Origin: an uncultured Actinomycetes bacterium | Lineage (GTDB): Bacteria; Actinomycetota; Thermoleophilia; Gaiellales; Gaiellaceae | Assembly (NCBI GenBank): GCA_963825795.1 | Contig: CAWGVD010000046.1 | Span: 91,329 to 155,328, forward strand | Reading direction: 5' to 3' | Length of the DNA stretch: 64,000 nucleotides | Shown: positions 29,890 to 39,550 of the stretch, in pieces | Numbering within the stretch: the first letter of the stretch is position 1 | How the letters are laid out: each line of letters opens with the position of its first letter | Program-made: the position numbers and the translations under genes | The notes under the pieces: model-generated | Told to the model about the DNA's origin: nothing | What the model saw: only the letters and a program-made list of their open reading frames with translations | The model's database searches: none

Positions 29890-30584
29890 GCTTCGCGCAG
29901 CCGGTAGCCGGCGCCTCGCACGGTCAGGATCAGCTCGGGCTCGCTCGGATCCTCCTCCACTTTCTCGCGCAGGTGGCGCACGTGGACGTCGATCGTCCGC
30001 GGCTCGCGGTAGGCGGAGTCGCCCCAGATCGCCTGCAGGAGCGCGCGGCGGCTGAAGACCTTCCCGGGCTGAGCGACGAGCGTCCGCAGCAACTCGAACT
30101 CGACGTAGGTCAGCTCGAGCGAGCGTCCGTTCACCCTTGCCTCACGACGGTCGAGATCGAGCTGCAACACACCGGCTTCGAGCGGCTCCGCCTCCGGAAC
30201 GTCGCGGCGAGATGCGCCTGCCCTCCGCAGGAGAGCTCGCACACGGCTCCGGAACTCACGGATCGAGAACGGCTTCGTGATGTAGTCGTCCGCACCCAGC
30301 TCGAGCCCGAGGACGGTGTCGAACTCGTCGTCGCGGGCGGTGAGCATGATGATCGGCACCGAGCTCTCCGCCCGGAGCCGTTTGCAGACCTCGAGCCCGT
30401 CGAGCTTGGGCAGCATGATGTCGAGCACGACGAGATCGACCGCCTCCTCGGCGAAGCGCACGAGCGCCTCCTCGCCGTCCCGTGCGGACACGACGCGGAA
30501 CCCGTCGCGCTCCAGCGGATAGGTCAGGAGCTTCTGGACAGAGTCCTCGTCGTCGACGAGAAGGATGGTCGAAGAATCCGGCAT
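29886..30584 (-). CDS. OmpR/PhoB-family response regulator (MprA-like)
   Basis: ILLVDDE receiver motif plus a winged-helix C-terminus. Confidence 0.85.
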   Translation of the reverse strand: MPDSSTILLVDDEDSVQKLLTYPLERDGFRVVSARDGEEALVRFAEEAVDLVVLDIMLPKLDGLEVCKRLRAESSVPIIMLTARDDEFDTVLGLELGADDYITKPFSIREFRSRVRALLRRAGASRRDVPEAEPLEAGVLQLDLDRREARVNGRSLELTYVEFELLRTLVAQPGKVFSRRALLQAIWGDSAYREPRTIDVHVRHLREKVEEDPSEPELILTVRGAGYRLREA

Positions 30585-30700
30585 CCGGGGTAATTGTGCC
30601 GGGGCCGTCCCTACTATTGCCACGCATGGCCGCCCATCCGCCCTTCAGGGAGAGGCGCCGGGCGCGTCCGGGATCACTCGATCGCCCCGTCAACAGCCGT

Positions 30701-32508
30701 ATGTACCGGGGCACGTGGCTCCTCGTCGGCATCCCGCTGCTGATCGCCGCGTTCACGGTCTTCCACCCGCAGCCGCTGCCGGCGCCCACGCTGCAACCGG
30801 ACTTCGACGGCACGACCGCGCGGCTGACCGCGGAGCAGTTTGCGAACAACAATCCGGATCCGCGTTCCCGGCACTCCGGACGCACGCCGGGCGGCGAATT
30901 GGGTCGCCCGACGGCTCGACCAGTACGGCCTGGAGCTCGGTCACGAGCGTTTTCACGCGAAAATCCCCGGCCGCGGGAACGTCGAGCTGGAGAACCTGAT
31001 CGCGGTGCGCCAGGGCCGATCGAACCAGCTCATCGTCGTCGTCGCGCATCGCGATAACACCGGCACCAGCCCTGGAGCGAACGACAACGGGTCGGGAACG
31101 GCAGCACTGCTCGAGCTGGCCCGCTCGTACGCAACTCCGCAGGCTCCTCCGCATCCGCCGCAGCCGAATCACACGATTCTCTTCCTCTCCAGCGATGCCG
31201 GCGCTTTCGGAGGCCTCGGCGTCGAGCACTTCATCACGCACTACCGCTACCGCGATCGAGTCGTCGCGGTGGTCGACCTCGACTCGATCGCCGGCGACGG
31301 CCGTCCGCACATCGTTTTTTCCGGTGACACGCCCAAATTCGCCTCGGCCACGCTCGTCCGTACCGCCGCGGCGCGGCTGGCCGAGCAGACCGGCGTGGAG
31401 CCCACCTGGCCGCGCGCGTTCTCGCAGCTGCTCGACCTGGCCTTCCCGCTCAGCCTGTACGAGCAGGCGCCGTTCGTCGCGCACGGCGTAGCGGCCGTGG
31501 CGCTCACCTCGGCCGGCGACCGTCCGCCTCCGGCGTTCGGCGACACTCCCGACCGCCTCAACGGCGCGCGGTTGACCCGAATCGGCCGTTCGGGCCAGTC
31601 GCTACTCGAAGCGCTCGACGACGACGTCGAGCTCGCGGAGGGGACCTCGAGCTACATCTACCTCGGCGCTCGCGCCGTCCGCGGCTGGGCGATCGTGCTG
31701 ATCCTGTTCACCGCCATGCTTCCGGCCCTCGCGGTGATCGTCGACCTGTTCGCGCGCCTGCGCCGCAGGCACATTCCGCTGGCGCCCGCTCTGCGGAGTT
31801 ACCGCACGCGCCTGCTCTTCTGGCTCTTCGCGGTGCTCCTGTTCGAGCTCTTCGCGTTCCTCGGCGCGTGGGCGACCGGAGCGGCGCGTCCGCTCGCGCC
31901 GGAGCTGTCTCCCGGAACGGAGTGGCCCGTGCTCGCGCTCCTCGCGTACGGATGCCTGCTGGCGCTCGGCTGGCTCTTCGGCCGGGACCGGCTCGTCCCG
32001 CGACGGCCGCTGGGCGAAGGCGAGGAGCTCTCGGGCCAGGTCGGCGCACTGCTCGTGCTCGCCGTCCTCTCGCTGTTGATCGTCGCGATGAACCCGTACG
32101 CGGTCATCTTCGTGCTGCCGTCACTGCATGCGTGGATCTGGCTTCCCCAGGCGCGGAACCAGACCGGCTCCGATTCAGGTGGCGGCGCTCGTCGGCGGTT
32201 TCCTTGGACCGCTCCTGCTCGTGGGCTCGCTCGCAACGCGACTCGGGCTCGGCCTGGATGCCCCGTGGTACCTCGCGCAACTTGCAGCTGTCGGCTACGT
32301 CAAGCTCCCGACCCTGCTCGTCGGCGGCGCGTGGCTCGCCGTCGCGGCCCAGCTCGCGGCGATCACCGCCCGGCGCTATGCGCCGTATCCGACCGCGGCC
32401 GAACGGCCGCGCCTCGGGCCTGCGAGGCGACTGATGCGCAGGGCCGTGCTCTCCTCGAGAAGCCGCAAGCGCCCGGACGAGCAAGAGCAGCGGGCCGTCG
32501 GCCCCTAG
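30701..32508 (+). CDS. M28-family aminopeptidase with C-terminal multi-TM domain (frameshifts near 30850 and 32160)
   Basis: Signal/TM N-terminus MYRGTWLLVGIPLLIAAF. HRDNTGTSPGANDNGSGTAALLELAR M28 zinc motif. Several C-terminal TM helices. Confidence 0.6.
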
Positions 32509-33713
32509 AGGCGCAGGAACTCGACGGGCTCGCCCGCTGCCAGGTCGCCGTTTCCACGTGGAATGAGGACGAGCGCGTCCGCGCCCGCTGCCCGCGCGAT
32601 CATGTGCGATTCGCGGCCCGCGAGCGGTTCGACGACCGGGCCGTCGGACGGTCGCTGAACCCGGGCGCGTACGAGCTCGTCGCGGACCGGGTTCCGCTTC
32701 AGCTGCGAGCCGAGGACTCCGCGCTCGAACCGTGGGCCGGGATCGGCGCTGCCCTGGAGAGCCAGCAGGGCCGGGCGGACGAAGAGCTCGAAGCCGACGA
32801 GCACCGAGACCGGGTTCCCGGGCAGGCCGAAGACGAGCCGGTTTCCGGCGACGCCGAACGAGATCGGCTTGCCCGGCTTCACCGAGACGCCCCAGAACAC
32901 CTCCTCGACGCCGAGCTCGGCCAGGATCGCCCGCACGAGATCGTGCGGTCCGACCGAGACGCCGCCCGAGGTCACGAGGACGTCCGCGTCGAGCCCGCGC
33001 TCGAGAGCCTCCCGATGGGCTGCTTCCTCGTCCGCGACCGAGCTCGCCCTCTCGACCTCGGCCCCCGCCGAGGCCAGCTGCGCCTCGAGCAGTATTCCGT
33101 TCGCCTCGTAGATCTGTCCCGGAGCCAGCGCCTCGCCAGGCAGGCGCAGCTCGCTGCCCGTTACGACGACGGCGGCCCGCGGCCTCCGGGCAACCCGAAC
33201 CTCGGGGATGCCCGCAGCTGCGAGGGCGGCGAGGTGTCGCGCCTCCAGACGTGCGCCCGCTTCGACGACGGTCTCGCCGGCACCGATGTCTCCTCCCGCC
33301 GGGCGAACGTTCGCTCCCCGCTCGACGGCGTGCTCGATCTCGATCGCGTTGTCACTCTCGACAACATACTCGAAGGGGATGACGGCATCGGCTCCCTCGG
33401 GCACCACAGCGCCGGTGGCTATGCCCATCGCCTCTCCGGCTTCGAGCGAACGCGGCGCCGGCGTGCCCGCGGGGATCCGGTGAACGACCGGCAGCCGCCC
33501 CGGCGTGTCGCTCGAGCGCAACGCGAAGCCGTCCATCGCCGAGCTGTCGAACGGCGGCAGGTCGACTGCCGAGACCGCGTCATCGGCGAGCACTCGCCCG
33601 AAGGCTGCCTCGATGCCACTGCTCTCCTCCGGCAAGGGCTCGACCCGCTCCAGCACGAGCCGGAGCGCCTCTCCGATCGAAATCAGATTCCGAGTCGCGG
33701 CCAAGGCAGCCAT
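32505..33713 (-). CDS. moeA: molybdopterin molybdotransferase
   Basis: 402 aa with MoeA N, MoCF-binding (TSGGVSVG) and C-terminal domains. Confidence 0.85.
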   Translation of the reverse strand: MAALAATRNLISIGEALRLVLERVEPLPEESSGIEAAFGRVLADDAVSAVDLPPFDSSAMDGFALRSSDTPGRLPVVHRIPAGTPAPRSLEAGEAMGIATGAVVPEGADAVIPFEYVVESDNAIEIEHAVERGANVRPAGGDIGAGETVVEAGARLEARHLAALAAAGIPEVRVARRPRAAVVVTGSELRLPGEALAPGQIYEANGILLEAQLASAGAEVERASSVADEEAAHREALERGLDADVLVTSGGVSVGPHDLVRAILAELGVEEVFWGVSVKPGKPISFGVAGNRLVFGLPGNPVSVLVGFELFVRPALLALQGSADPGPRFERGVLGSQLKRNPVRDELVRARVQRPSDGPVVEPLAGRESHMIARAAGADALVLIPRGNGDLAAGEPVEFLRL

Positions 33714-33726
33714 AAGCTACTCCCGC

Positions 33727-34929
33727 ATGAGCGAGATGTTCGCCGGCCGCTATCGGCTGGAGCAGCAGCTGGGAGCGGGGTCGATGGCCGAGGTCTGGCT
33801 CGCGATCGACACGCAACTCGGTCGGCCGGTCGCGCTCAAGCTCCTGCGCACCGACGCCGATCCGGTGCGCTTCGAGCGCGAGGCGCGGGCCGTCGCCTCG
33901 CTGTCGCACCCGAACATCTGCCGCCTCTACGACTACGGAAGCGAGGGCGGGCGGCCGTTCATGGTCTTCGAGCACCTGGCCGGCGGCACGCTCGAGGAGC
34001 GCCTCGGCGAGGGCGGGCCGCTGCCGGACTCCGAGACCGCGACGATCGCGGCCGAGGTCGCGGCCGGGCTCGCGCACGCGCACGAGCACGGGCTCATCCA
34101 CCGCGACCTGAAGCCGGCGAACATCCTCTTCGACGAGGAGGGTCGCGCCAAGGTCTCTGACTTCGGCATTGCCCGGATGTCCGGCGTGGACACGCTGACG
34201 GAGGCCGGCACGCTGATCGGAACGGCCGCGTACATGTCGCCGGAGCAGGCTTCGGGAGAGGGCGCCACCCCCGCGAGCGACGTCTATTCGTTCGGCGTCA
34301 TCCTGTTCCGGCTGCTCACGGGGCGGCTCCCGTTCGAGACGCCGAGCCCCGTCGACCTGCTGCGCCGCCAGCTGTACGAGGCGCCGCCCGCGATCCACTC
34401 GCTTCGGCCGGACGCGCCGATGACGCTGGCTGCGGTGGCCGAGGAGTCGTTGGCCAAGTCGCCCGCGGATCGGCCCCCGGACGGGCGTGCGCTCGTCGGC
34501 CTGCTCTCGGGAGCGATCGTCCCAGTCGCCGGGGACGCGGCCACGCAGGTCATCCCGCCGCCTCGGTCGGGCCGACGACCCTGGCTGCTTGCCGCACTGA
34601 TCGGTTTGCCGCTGCTCTTCCTGGCCGGGATCGCGATCGCCCTCGTTGCAAACGACAACGGCTCGAACACGCCTGCGCCGGCCTCGACGCCCGGCACCAC
34701 GATCGTGACGACGACGGCTCCGCCGCCTCCAGCCGCCGCCGCCTCCACCGCCACCCCCGCCTCCGCCGCCGCCGCCTCCGCCTCCACCGCCGCCGCCACC
34801 GCCCCCTCCGCTGCCACCACCTCCACCGCCGCCTCCCGCCTCCGCTGCCACCGCCGCCGCCTCCGCCTCCACTGCCACCGCCGCCTCCCCGCACAGCCAC
34901 CTCCACAGCCGCCCCCTCCACCGCCGTAG
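33727..34929 (+). CDS. Ser/Thr protein kinase with TM helix and Ala/Thr/Pro-rich low-complexity tail
   Basis: ATP-binding Gly loop, VALK, HRDLKPANIL, DFG and SPE motifs. TM helix LLAALIGLPLLFLAGIAIALV. The tail is encoded by GCC/ACC-rich tandem repeats (34720..34929). Confidence 0.85.
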   Translation: MSEMFAGRYRLEQQLGAGSMAEVWLAIDTQLGRPVALKLLRTDADPVRFEREARAVASLSHPNICRLYDYGSEGGRPFMVFEHLAGGTLEERLGEGGPLPDSETATIAAEVAAGLAHAHEHGLIHRDLKPANILFDEEGRAKVSDFGIARMSGVDTLTEAGTLIGTAAYMSPEQASGEGATPASDVYSFGVILFRLLTGRLPFETPSPVDLLRRQLYEAPPAIHSLRPDAPMTLAAVAEESLAKSPADRPPDGRALVGLLSGAIVPVAGDAATQVIPPPRSGRRPWLLAALIGLPLLFLAGIAIALVANDNGSNTPAPASTPGTTIVTTTAPPPPAAAASTATPASAAAASASTAAATAPSAATTSTAASRLRCHRRRLRLHCHRRLPAQPPPQPPPPPP

Positions 34930-34952
34930 TTCACGCGGCTAGGCTCCGAGCC

Positions 34953-35891
34953 GTGATCTCGGTCGTCGTCCCCGTTCACGACGAGGAGCGGAGCGTCGCC
35001 CTCCTCTACGAAGAGCTGGAAGCCGCGCTGCAGCCGGGCGGAGAGCCCTGGGAAGCGGTGTTCGTCGACGACGGCTCGCAGGACGGCACGTTCGCCGCGC
35101 TGACCAGGCTCCACGCACGGACGCCGAACACGAAGGTCGTGCGCCTGCGCCGCAACTTCGGCAAGTCTGCCGCCCTCGCCGCCGGGTTCGCGCACGCCGA
35201 GGGCGAGATCGTCGTCACGATCGACGGCGACCTCCAGGACGACCCGAGCGAGATCCCGCGCCTGCTCGCAAAGCTGGACGAGGGCTTCGACCTCGTCTCG
35301 GGCTGGAAGGCGCAGCGCCGCGATCCTCTTCGGCGGCGAGTCGTGTCGCGCATCTTCAACGCCGTCACCGGCCGCGTCTCCGGCCTGCGGCTGCACGACA
35401 TGAACTGCGGGCTCAAGGCCTACCGCGCCGAGGTCGTGCAGGGCATGGCGCTCTACGGCGAGCTGCACCGCTTCATCCCGGTCCTCGCGCACTACCGCGG
35501 CTTTCGCGTCGCCGAGCTGTCCGTCAACCATCGCCCGCGGACGCACGGAAGCTCGCGCTACGGGCTCGAGCGGTACCTCCGCGGCTTCCTCGATCTCCTG
35601 ACCGTGACGTTCATGGGGCGCTACCGACACCGGCCGCTGCACCTGTTCGGCGGGCTGGGCCTCCTCCTCGGCGCCGTCGGCACGGCGATCCTCGTCTACC
35701 TGACCGTGCTCAAGGCGACCGGGCACGCGATCGGCCAGCGCCCGCTGCTCACGCTCGGCGTCCTGCTCGTCGTGGTCGGCCTGCAGTTCTTCTCCCTCGG
35801 GCTGCTCAGCGAGATGGTCACGAGCCACCACGAGGAGCGCAGCGGCGCAGCCGACCGTGAGCGGGCGCTCGTCGACGAAGTCCTGAACTGA
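34953..35891 (+). CDS. GT2 polyprenol-phosphate glycosyltransferase (Ppm1/GtrB-like)
   Basis: ISVVVPVHDEE...DDGSQDGT...DGDLQD (DXD) motifs plus C-terminal TM helices. Confidence 0.8.
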   Translation: MISVVVPVHDEERSVALLYEELEAALQPGGEPWEAVFVDDGSQDGTFAALTRLHARTPNTKVVRLRRNFGKSAALAAGFAHAEGEIVVTIDGDLQDDPSEIPRLLAKLDEGFDLVSGWKAQRRDPLRRRVVSRIFNAVTGRVSGLRLHDMNCGLKAYRAEVVQGMALYGELHRFIPVLAHYRGFRVAELSVNHRPRTHGSSRYGLERYLRGFLDLLTVTFMGRYRHRPLHLFGGLGLLLGAVGTAILVYLTVLKATGHAIGQRPLLTLGVLLVVVGLQFFSLGLLSEMVTSHHEERSGAADRERALVDEVLN

Positions 35892-35893
35892 CG

Positions 35894-36961
35894 TTGCGCG
35901 TCCTCTACTTCGGCACCTACGAGCGGAACTACCCGCGGAACGCGCAGGTGATCTCCGCGCTGCGCAGCGCAGGGGTCGAGGTGACCGAGCACCACGAGCC
36001 CGTGTTCGAGGCGCGGCGCGACAACTGGGCCGTCCGCTGGACGGTCGCGTTCCGACTCTTCCTCGCGGAGCTGCGGCTGCGCTTCTCGAACCACGACGCG
36101 TTCGACGTCGTCCTCGTCGGCTATCCCGGGCACTTCGACGTGCCGCACGCGCGGCGCGTGGCCGGGAAGCGACCGCTCGTCTTCAACCCGCTGATCTCGC
36201 TCCACGACACGCTCGTCGGCGATCGAAGTCGGTTCCGGGCGGGATTGTTCACGGCACGCGTCCTCTCGGTCGTCGACCGCCGGGCGCTGCGGCTCCCCGA
36301 CCTCGTCGTCGCCGACACCGACGCGAACGCCGACTTCCTCGCCGAGCTCGGCGAGCTGCCCCGCGAGCGCGTGCAGGTCTGCCTGGTCGGCGCTGAGGAC
36401 CGCCTCTTCCATGCCGGCTGGCGTCCCGACGAGCCGTTCCGCGTCCTCTTCGTCGGCAAGCTGATCCCGTTGCACGGAATGGAGACGATCCTCGAGGCTG
36501 CGCGGCTCGCTCCCGAGCTCGAGGTGCGCGTGATCGGCTCCGGGCAGCTCAACGGGGCGATGGAGGACCGGCCGCCGAACGTCGAGTGGATCGAGTGGAT
36601 CGCGTACGACGACCTCCCGCGGGAGTACTGGGGCGCCGGCTGCGCGCTGGGAATCTTCGGGACGTCCGACAAGGCCTTGCGCGTGATCCCGAACAAGGCG
36701 TACCACGCGCTCGCCTGCGGAGCGCCGCTGATCACCGCGGACACGCCCGCCGCGCGCGAGCTGCTGCGCGACGGGGAGAACGCGCTGCTCGTTCCGCCCG
36801 GCGACCCTGCTGCGCTGGCGGAGGCGATGCGGCGCCTCGCGGCGGATCCCGAGCTGGGCCGCGCGCTGAGCCGCGGCGGTCTGGCCGTCTACGAGGAGCA
36901 GGCGAGCGAAGAGGTGCTCGGCGCCCGCTGGCGGTCGCTGCTCGAAGAGCTCCTCGTGTGA
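35894..36961 (+). CDS. glycosyltransferase (GT4-like / group 1)
   Basis: 355 aa. C-terminal group-1 GT fold motifs. Confidence 0.6.
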   Translation: MRVLYFGTYERNYPRNAQVISALRSAGVEVTEHHEPVFEARRDNWAVRWTVAFRLFLAELRLRFSNHDAFDVVLVGYPGHFDVPHARRVAGKRPLVFNPLISLHDTLVGDRSRFRAGLFTARVLSVVDRRALRLPDLVVADTDANADFLAELGELPRERVQVCLVGAEDRLFHAGWRPDEPFRVLFVGKLIPLHGMETILEAARLAPELEVRVIGSGQLNGAMEDRPPNVEWIEWIAYDDLPREYWGAGCALGIFGTSDKALRVIPNKAYHALACGAPLITADTPAARELLRDGENALLVPPGDPAALAEAMRRLAADPELGRALSRGGLAVYEEQASEEVLGARWRSLLEELLV

Positions 36962-38391
36962 GACCGCGGCCGAAGGTCCTGCTCTGGACCGCGACGGCCG
37001 CGTACGCCGCTGGATTTGGCGCGCTCTCGATCCTCCAGTACCGGGCGTACAACACGGGGCGCTTCGACCTCGGGAACATGGCGCAGGCGGTCTGGGCGAC
37101 GGCGCACGGCCACCCGCTCGAGATCACGAACCTCCAGGGCGATCAGGCCTCGCGGCTCGGTTCTCACGTCGACCCGATCCTCGCCGCGTTCGCGCCGCTG
37201 TGGTGGATCTGGCCGAGCGCGGCGATGCTGGTCGCGGCGCAGGCGGTGGCGATCGCGCTCGGCGCGCTGCCCGTCTTCTGGCTGGCCAGGAAGCACCTCG
37301 GCTCCGAGCACGCCGCTCTCGGGTTTGCGCTCGCGTACCTGCTGTACCCGGCCGTGCAGTGGCTGACGCTGAACGAGTTCCACCCGGTGGCGCTCGCGTG
37401 CCCGCTTCTGCTCTATGCCTTCTGGTACCTCGACGAGGACCGGCTCGCGGCGTTCGCGATCTTCGCCGTGCTCGCCGCGCTGACGAAGGAGGAGATCCCG
37501 CTCGTCATCGCGGGCATGGGCGTCTGGTACGCGGTCTCGCGGCGGCGGTGGCGGGTCGGCGGAGCGATCGCGGTGCTCGGCGTGTGCCTGACCGCGATCT
37601 CGGTGCAGATCGTGATGCCGCACTTCAACGAGGGCGCGTCGTCGAGCTTCTACCAACGCTACGGCGCGCTCGGGCACTCTCCCGGCGGAATCCTCGCGAC
37701 CCTGTTCACCGATCCGGGCAAGGTCCTGTCGACGGTCTTCGACGGCGAGGGCGTTCACTACCTCCTCGAGCTCTTCGTGCCGCTCCTGCTCCTCGTCGTC
37801 GCCGCCCCGGTCGTGCTCGTCGCTGCGATTCCGGAGCTCGGCCTGAACCTGCTTTCCGCGACCCACACGCAGAGCTCGATCCACCACCACTACACGGCCG
37901 GGTTGATTCCGCCGCTGATCGTCGCCACCGTGCTCGGCGCGGCGCGGGTGACGAGGTCGCGCCCAGACCTGCGCGTGCCGCTCGCAATGACGCTGGTCGT
38001 CGTGATGGTCGGCGCGAACTACGTGCTCGGTGCGGTGCCGGTCTGGCGCGGTCTCCCCGGCGGGCAGACGTACCAGGCGTACGCGGCGCACGTCGCGACA
38101 CACGACCGGATCACGGATCGTGCACTCCGGCTGATCCCGAACGGCGCCGTCGTCAGCGCCACGAACTCGCTCGGATCGCACCTTTCGGGACGGAGGCGGT
38201 TCCTCAGCTTCCCGTACATCCGCGACGCGCAGTGGGTTGCCGCAGACGAGACCCAGCCGGGCTATGCGGACCGCTGGGATCCGCCGGCGACCGCCGAGGC
38301 GCTGTCTCGGCTGCGGCGCAACCCGTCCTGGCGGCTCGTCTTCTCCGACGACGGCGTGCTCGTCTTCAAGCGAAAAACGAGCAGCAGGTAG
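36958..38391 (+). CDS. DUF2079 multi-TM membrane protein
   Basis: Real part of the 36586..38391 ORF, starting at GTG 36958 (RPKVLLWTATAAYAAG...). About 11 TM helices. Confidence 0.6.
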   Translation: MRPRPKVLLWTATAAYAAGFGALSILQYRAYNTGRFDLGNMAQAVWATAHGHPLEITNLQGDQASRLGSHVDPILAAFAPLWWIWPSAAMLVAAQAVAIALGALPVFWLARKHLGSEHAALGFALAYLLYPAVQWLTLNEFHPVALACPLLLYAFWYLDEDRLAAFAIFAVLAALTKEEIPLVIAGMGVWYAVSRRRWRVGGAIAVLGVCLTAISVQIVMPHFNEGASSSFYQRYGALGHSPGGILATLFTDPGKVLSTVFDGEGVHYLLELFVPLLLLVVAAPVVLVAAIPELGLNLLSATHTQSSIHHHYTAGLIPPLIVATVLGAARVTRSRPDLRVPLAMTLVVVMVGANYVLGAVPVWRGLPGGQTYQAYAAHVATHDRITDRALRLIPNGAVVSATNSLGSHLSGRRRFLSFPYIRDAQWVAADETQPGYADRWDPPATAEALSRLRRNPSWRLVFSDDGVLVFKRKTSSR

Positions 38392-39540
38392 AGCGCGAGC
38401 AACAGCGCGTCGCGCGCCACGACGAGCCACGAGATTCCCTCGAGCTGGAACAGGTGGCTGTAGTGGAAGAACCAGATCTGCGCGAGGACGAGCGCCGCGG
38501 CGACGAGAGCGATCGCCGCAACCCCGGTCGCGCCGGGTAGGAGCAGCACGAGCGGGATCAGCCAGACGACGTACTGCGGCGAGACGAAGCGGTTGAAGAC
38601 GAGGAACGCGGTGACCGCTGCGGCCGATGCGAGAACGAGGCGCTCGGGCCCGCGGGAGCCGCGCGCGTAGAGCCACCAGACCGCGGCGACGGCGGCCGCC
38701 TGGAGGAGCGTCGTGATCGTGGCGAGCGCGTCCGGGAGCGAGCCGGCGAGATCTCTCGTCGCCGCTCCTGTGGCGCCGTGCACGACCGTCGCCGCGTACA
38801 GGCCGAGCTGGTCGCCCGCGAGCAGGATGCTCGCGCCGAGGCTCTCGATCTGCAGGCCGCGCGCGGATTGGGAGTGGAAGCTGTCCCAGAGCCCGCCGGG
38901 CGAGAGGATGGCGAACGGCAGGACGACGAGCACGGCGACGGCCGCGAACACGCCGAGCGCGCGCAGGGTGCGGCTGCGACCTGCGACCTGCCAGACGTAG
39001 ATCGCCGCGAGCGGGACGATGACCAGGGGATAGAGCTTCGCCGTCGCAGCGAGCCCGAGCAGGCCGAAGCCGAGCAGCTCGCGCCGGCGCAGGACCGCGG
39101 CGAGCGCTCCGACCGTGAGCGCCGCCGGGAAGAGGTCGTACGTGTTGAGCGAGATCGGGCCGACGGCGATCGGCGAGAGCGCGAACAGGCCAGCCGCGAC
39201 GTACAGACGGTGCTTCGAGGCGCCGAGCGTCACGAGCGTGAGCACGACGGCGAAGAGCGCCGCGATCCCGCACAGCGCCATCAGCGTCTTGAAGGCCGGG
39301 TTGTAGGCGCCGGCGGGCAGAACGGCCGGCGGCATGAACACGGCAAACGCTCCCGGCGGGTACTCGACGAAGACGTCGCGGTACGGGAGATCGCCGCGCA
39401 GGAAGCCGTCGGCGTAGATGCCGTAGATGTGGACGTCGCGGTACCGCTCGGCGCGGAAGAGGCCGCCGTCAGGGACCGCGCAGGCGAGGAGGAAGAGCGG
39501 CGCGGCGAGCGCCGTGACGCGCGCGGCCAGCCTCGTGCCG
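38262..39540 (-). CDS. DUF2029/GT87-like membrane glycosyltransferase
   Basis: Multi-TM protein (LFLLACAVPDGGLF...). The low-complexity N-terminus of the ORF is probably not translated. 3' end uncertain; convergent overlap with the DUF2079 gene. Confidence 0.5.
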
Positions 39541-39550
39541 GCGTCGGCGG

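Noticed and set aside
30840-34160. 1106-aa ORF on the plus strand
   Set aside because: Only the first ~550 codons (M28 peptidase, itself frameshifted) are real. The rest runs antisense through moeA as Arg/Ala/Pro-rich low-complexity sequence typical of open frames in 70% GC DNA.
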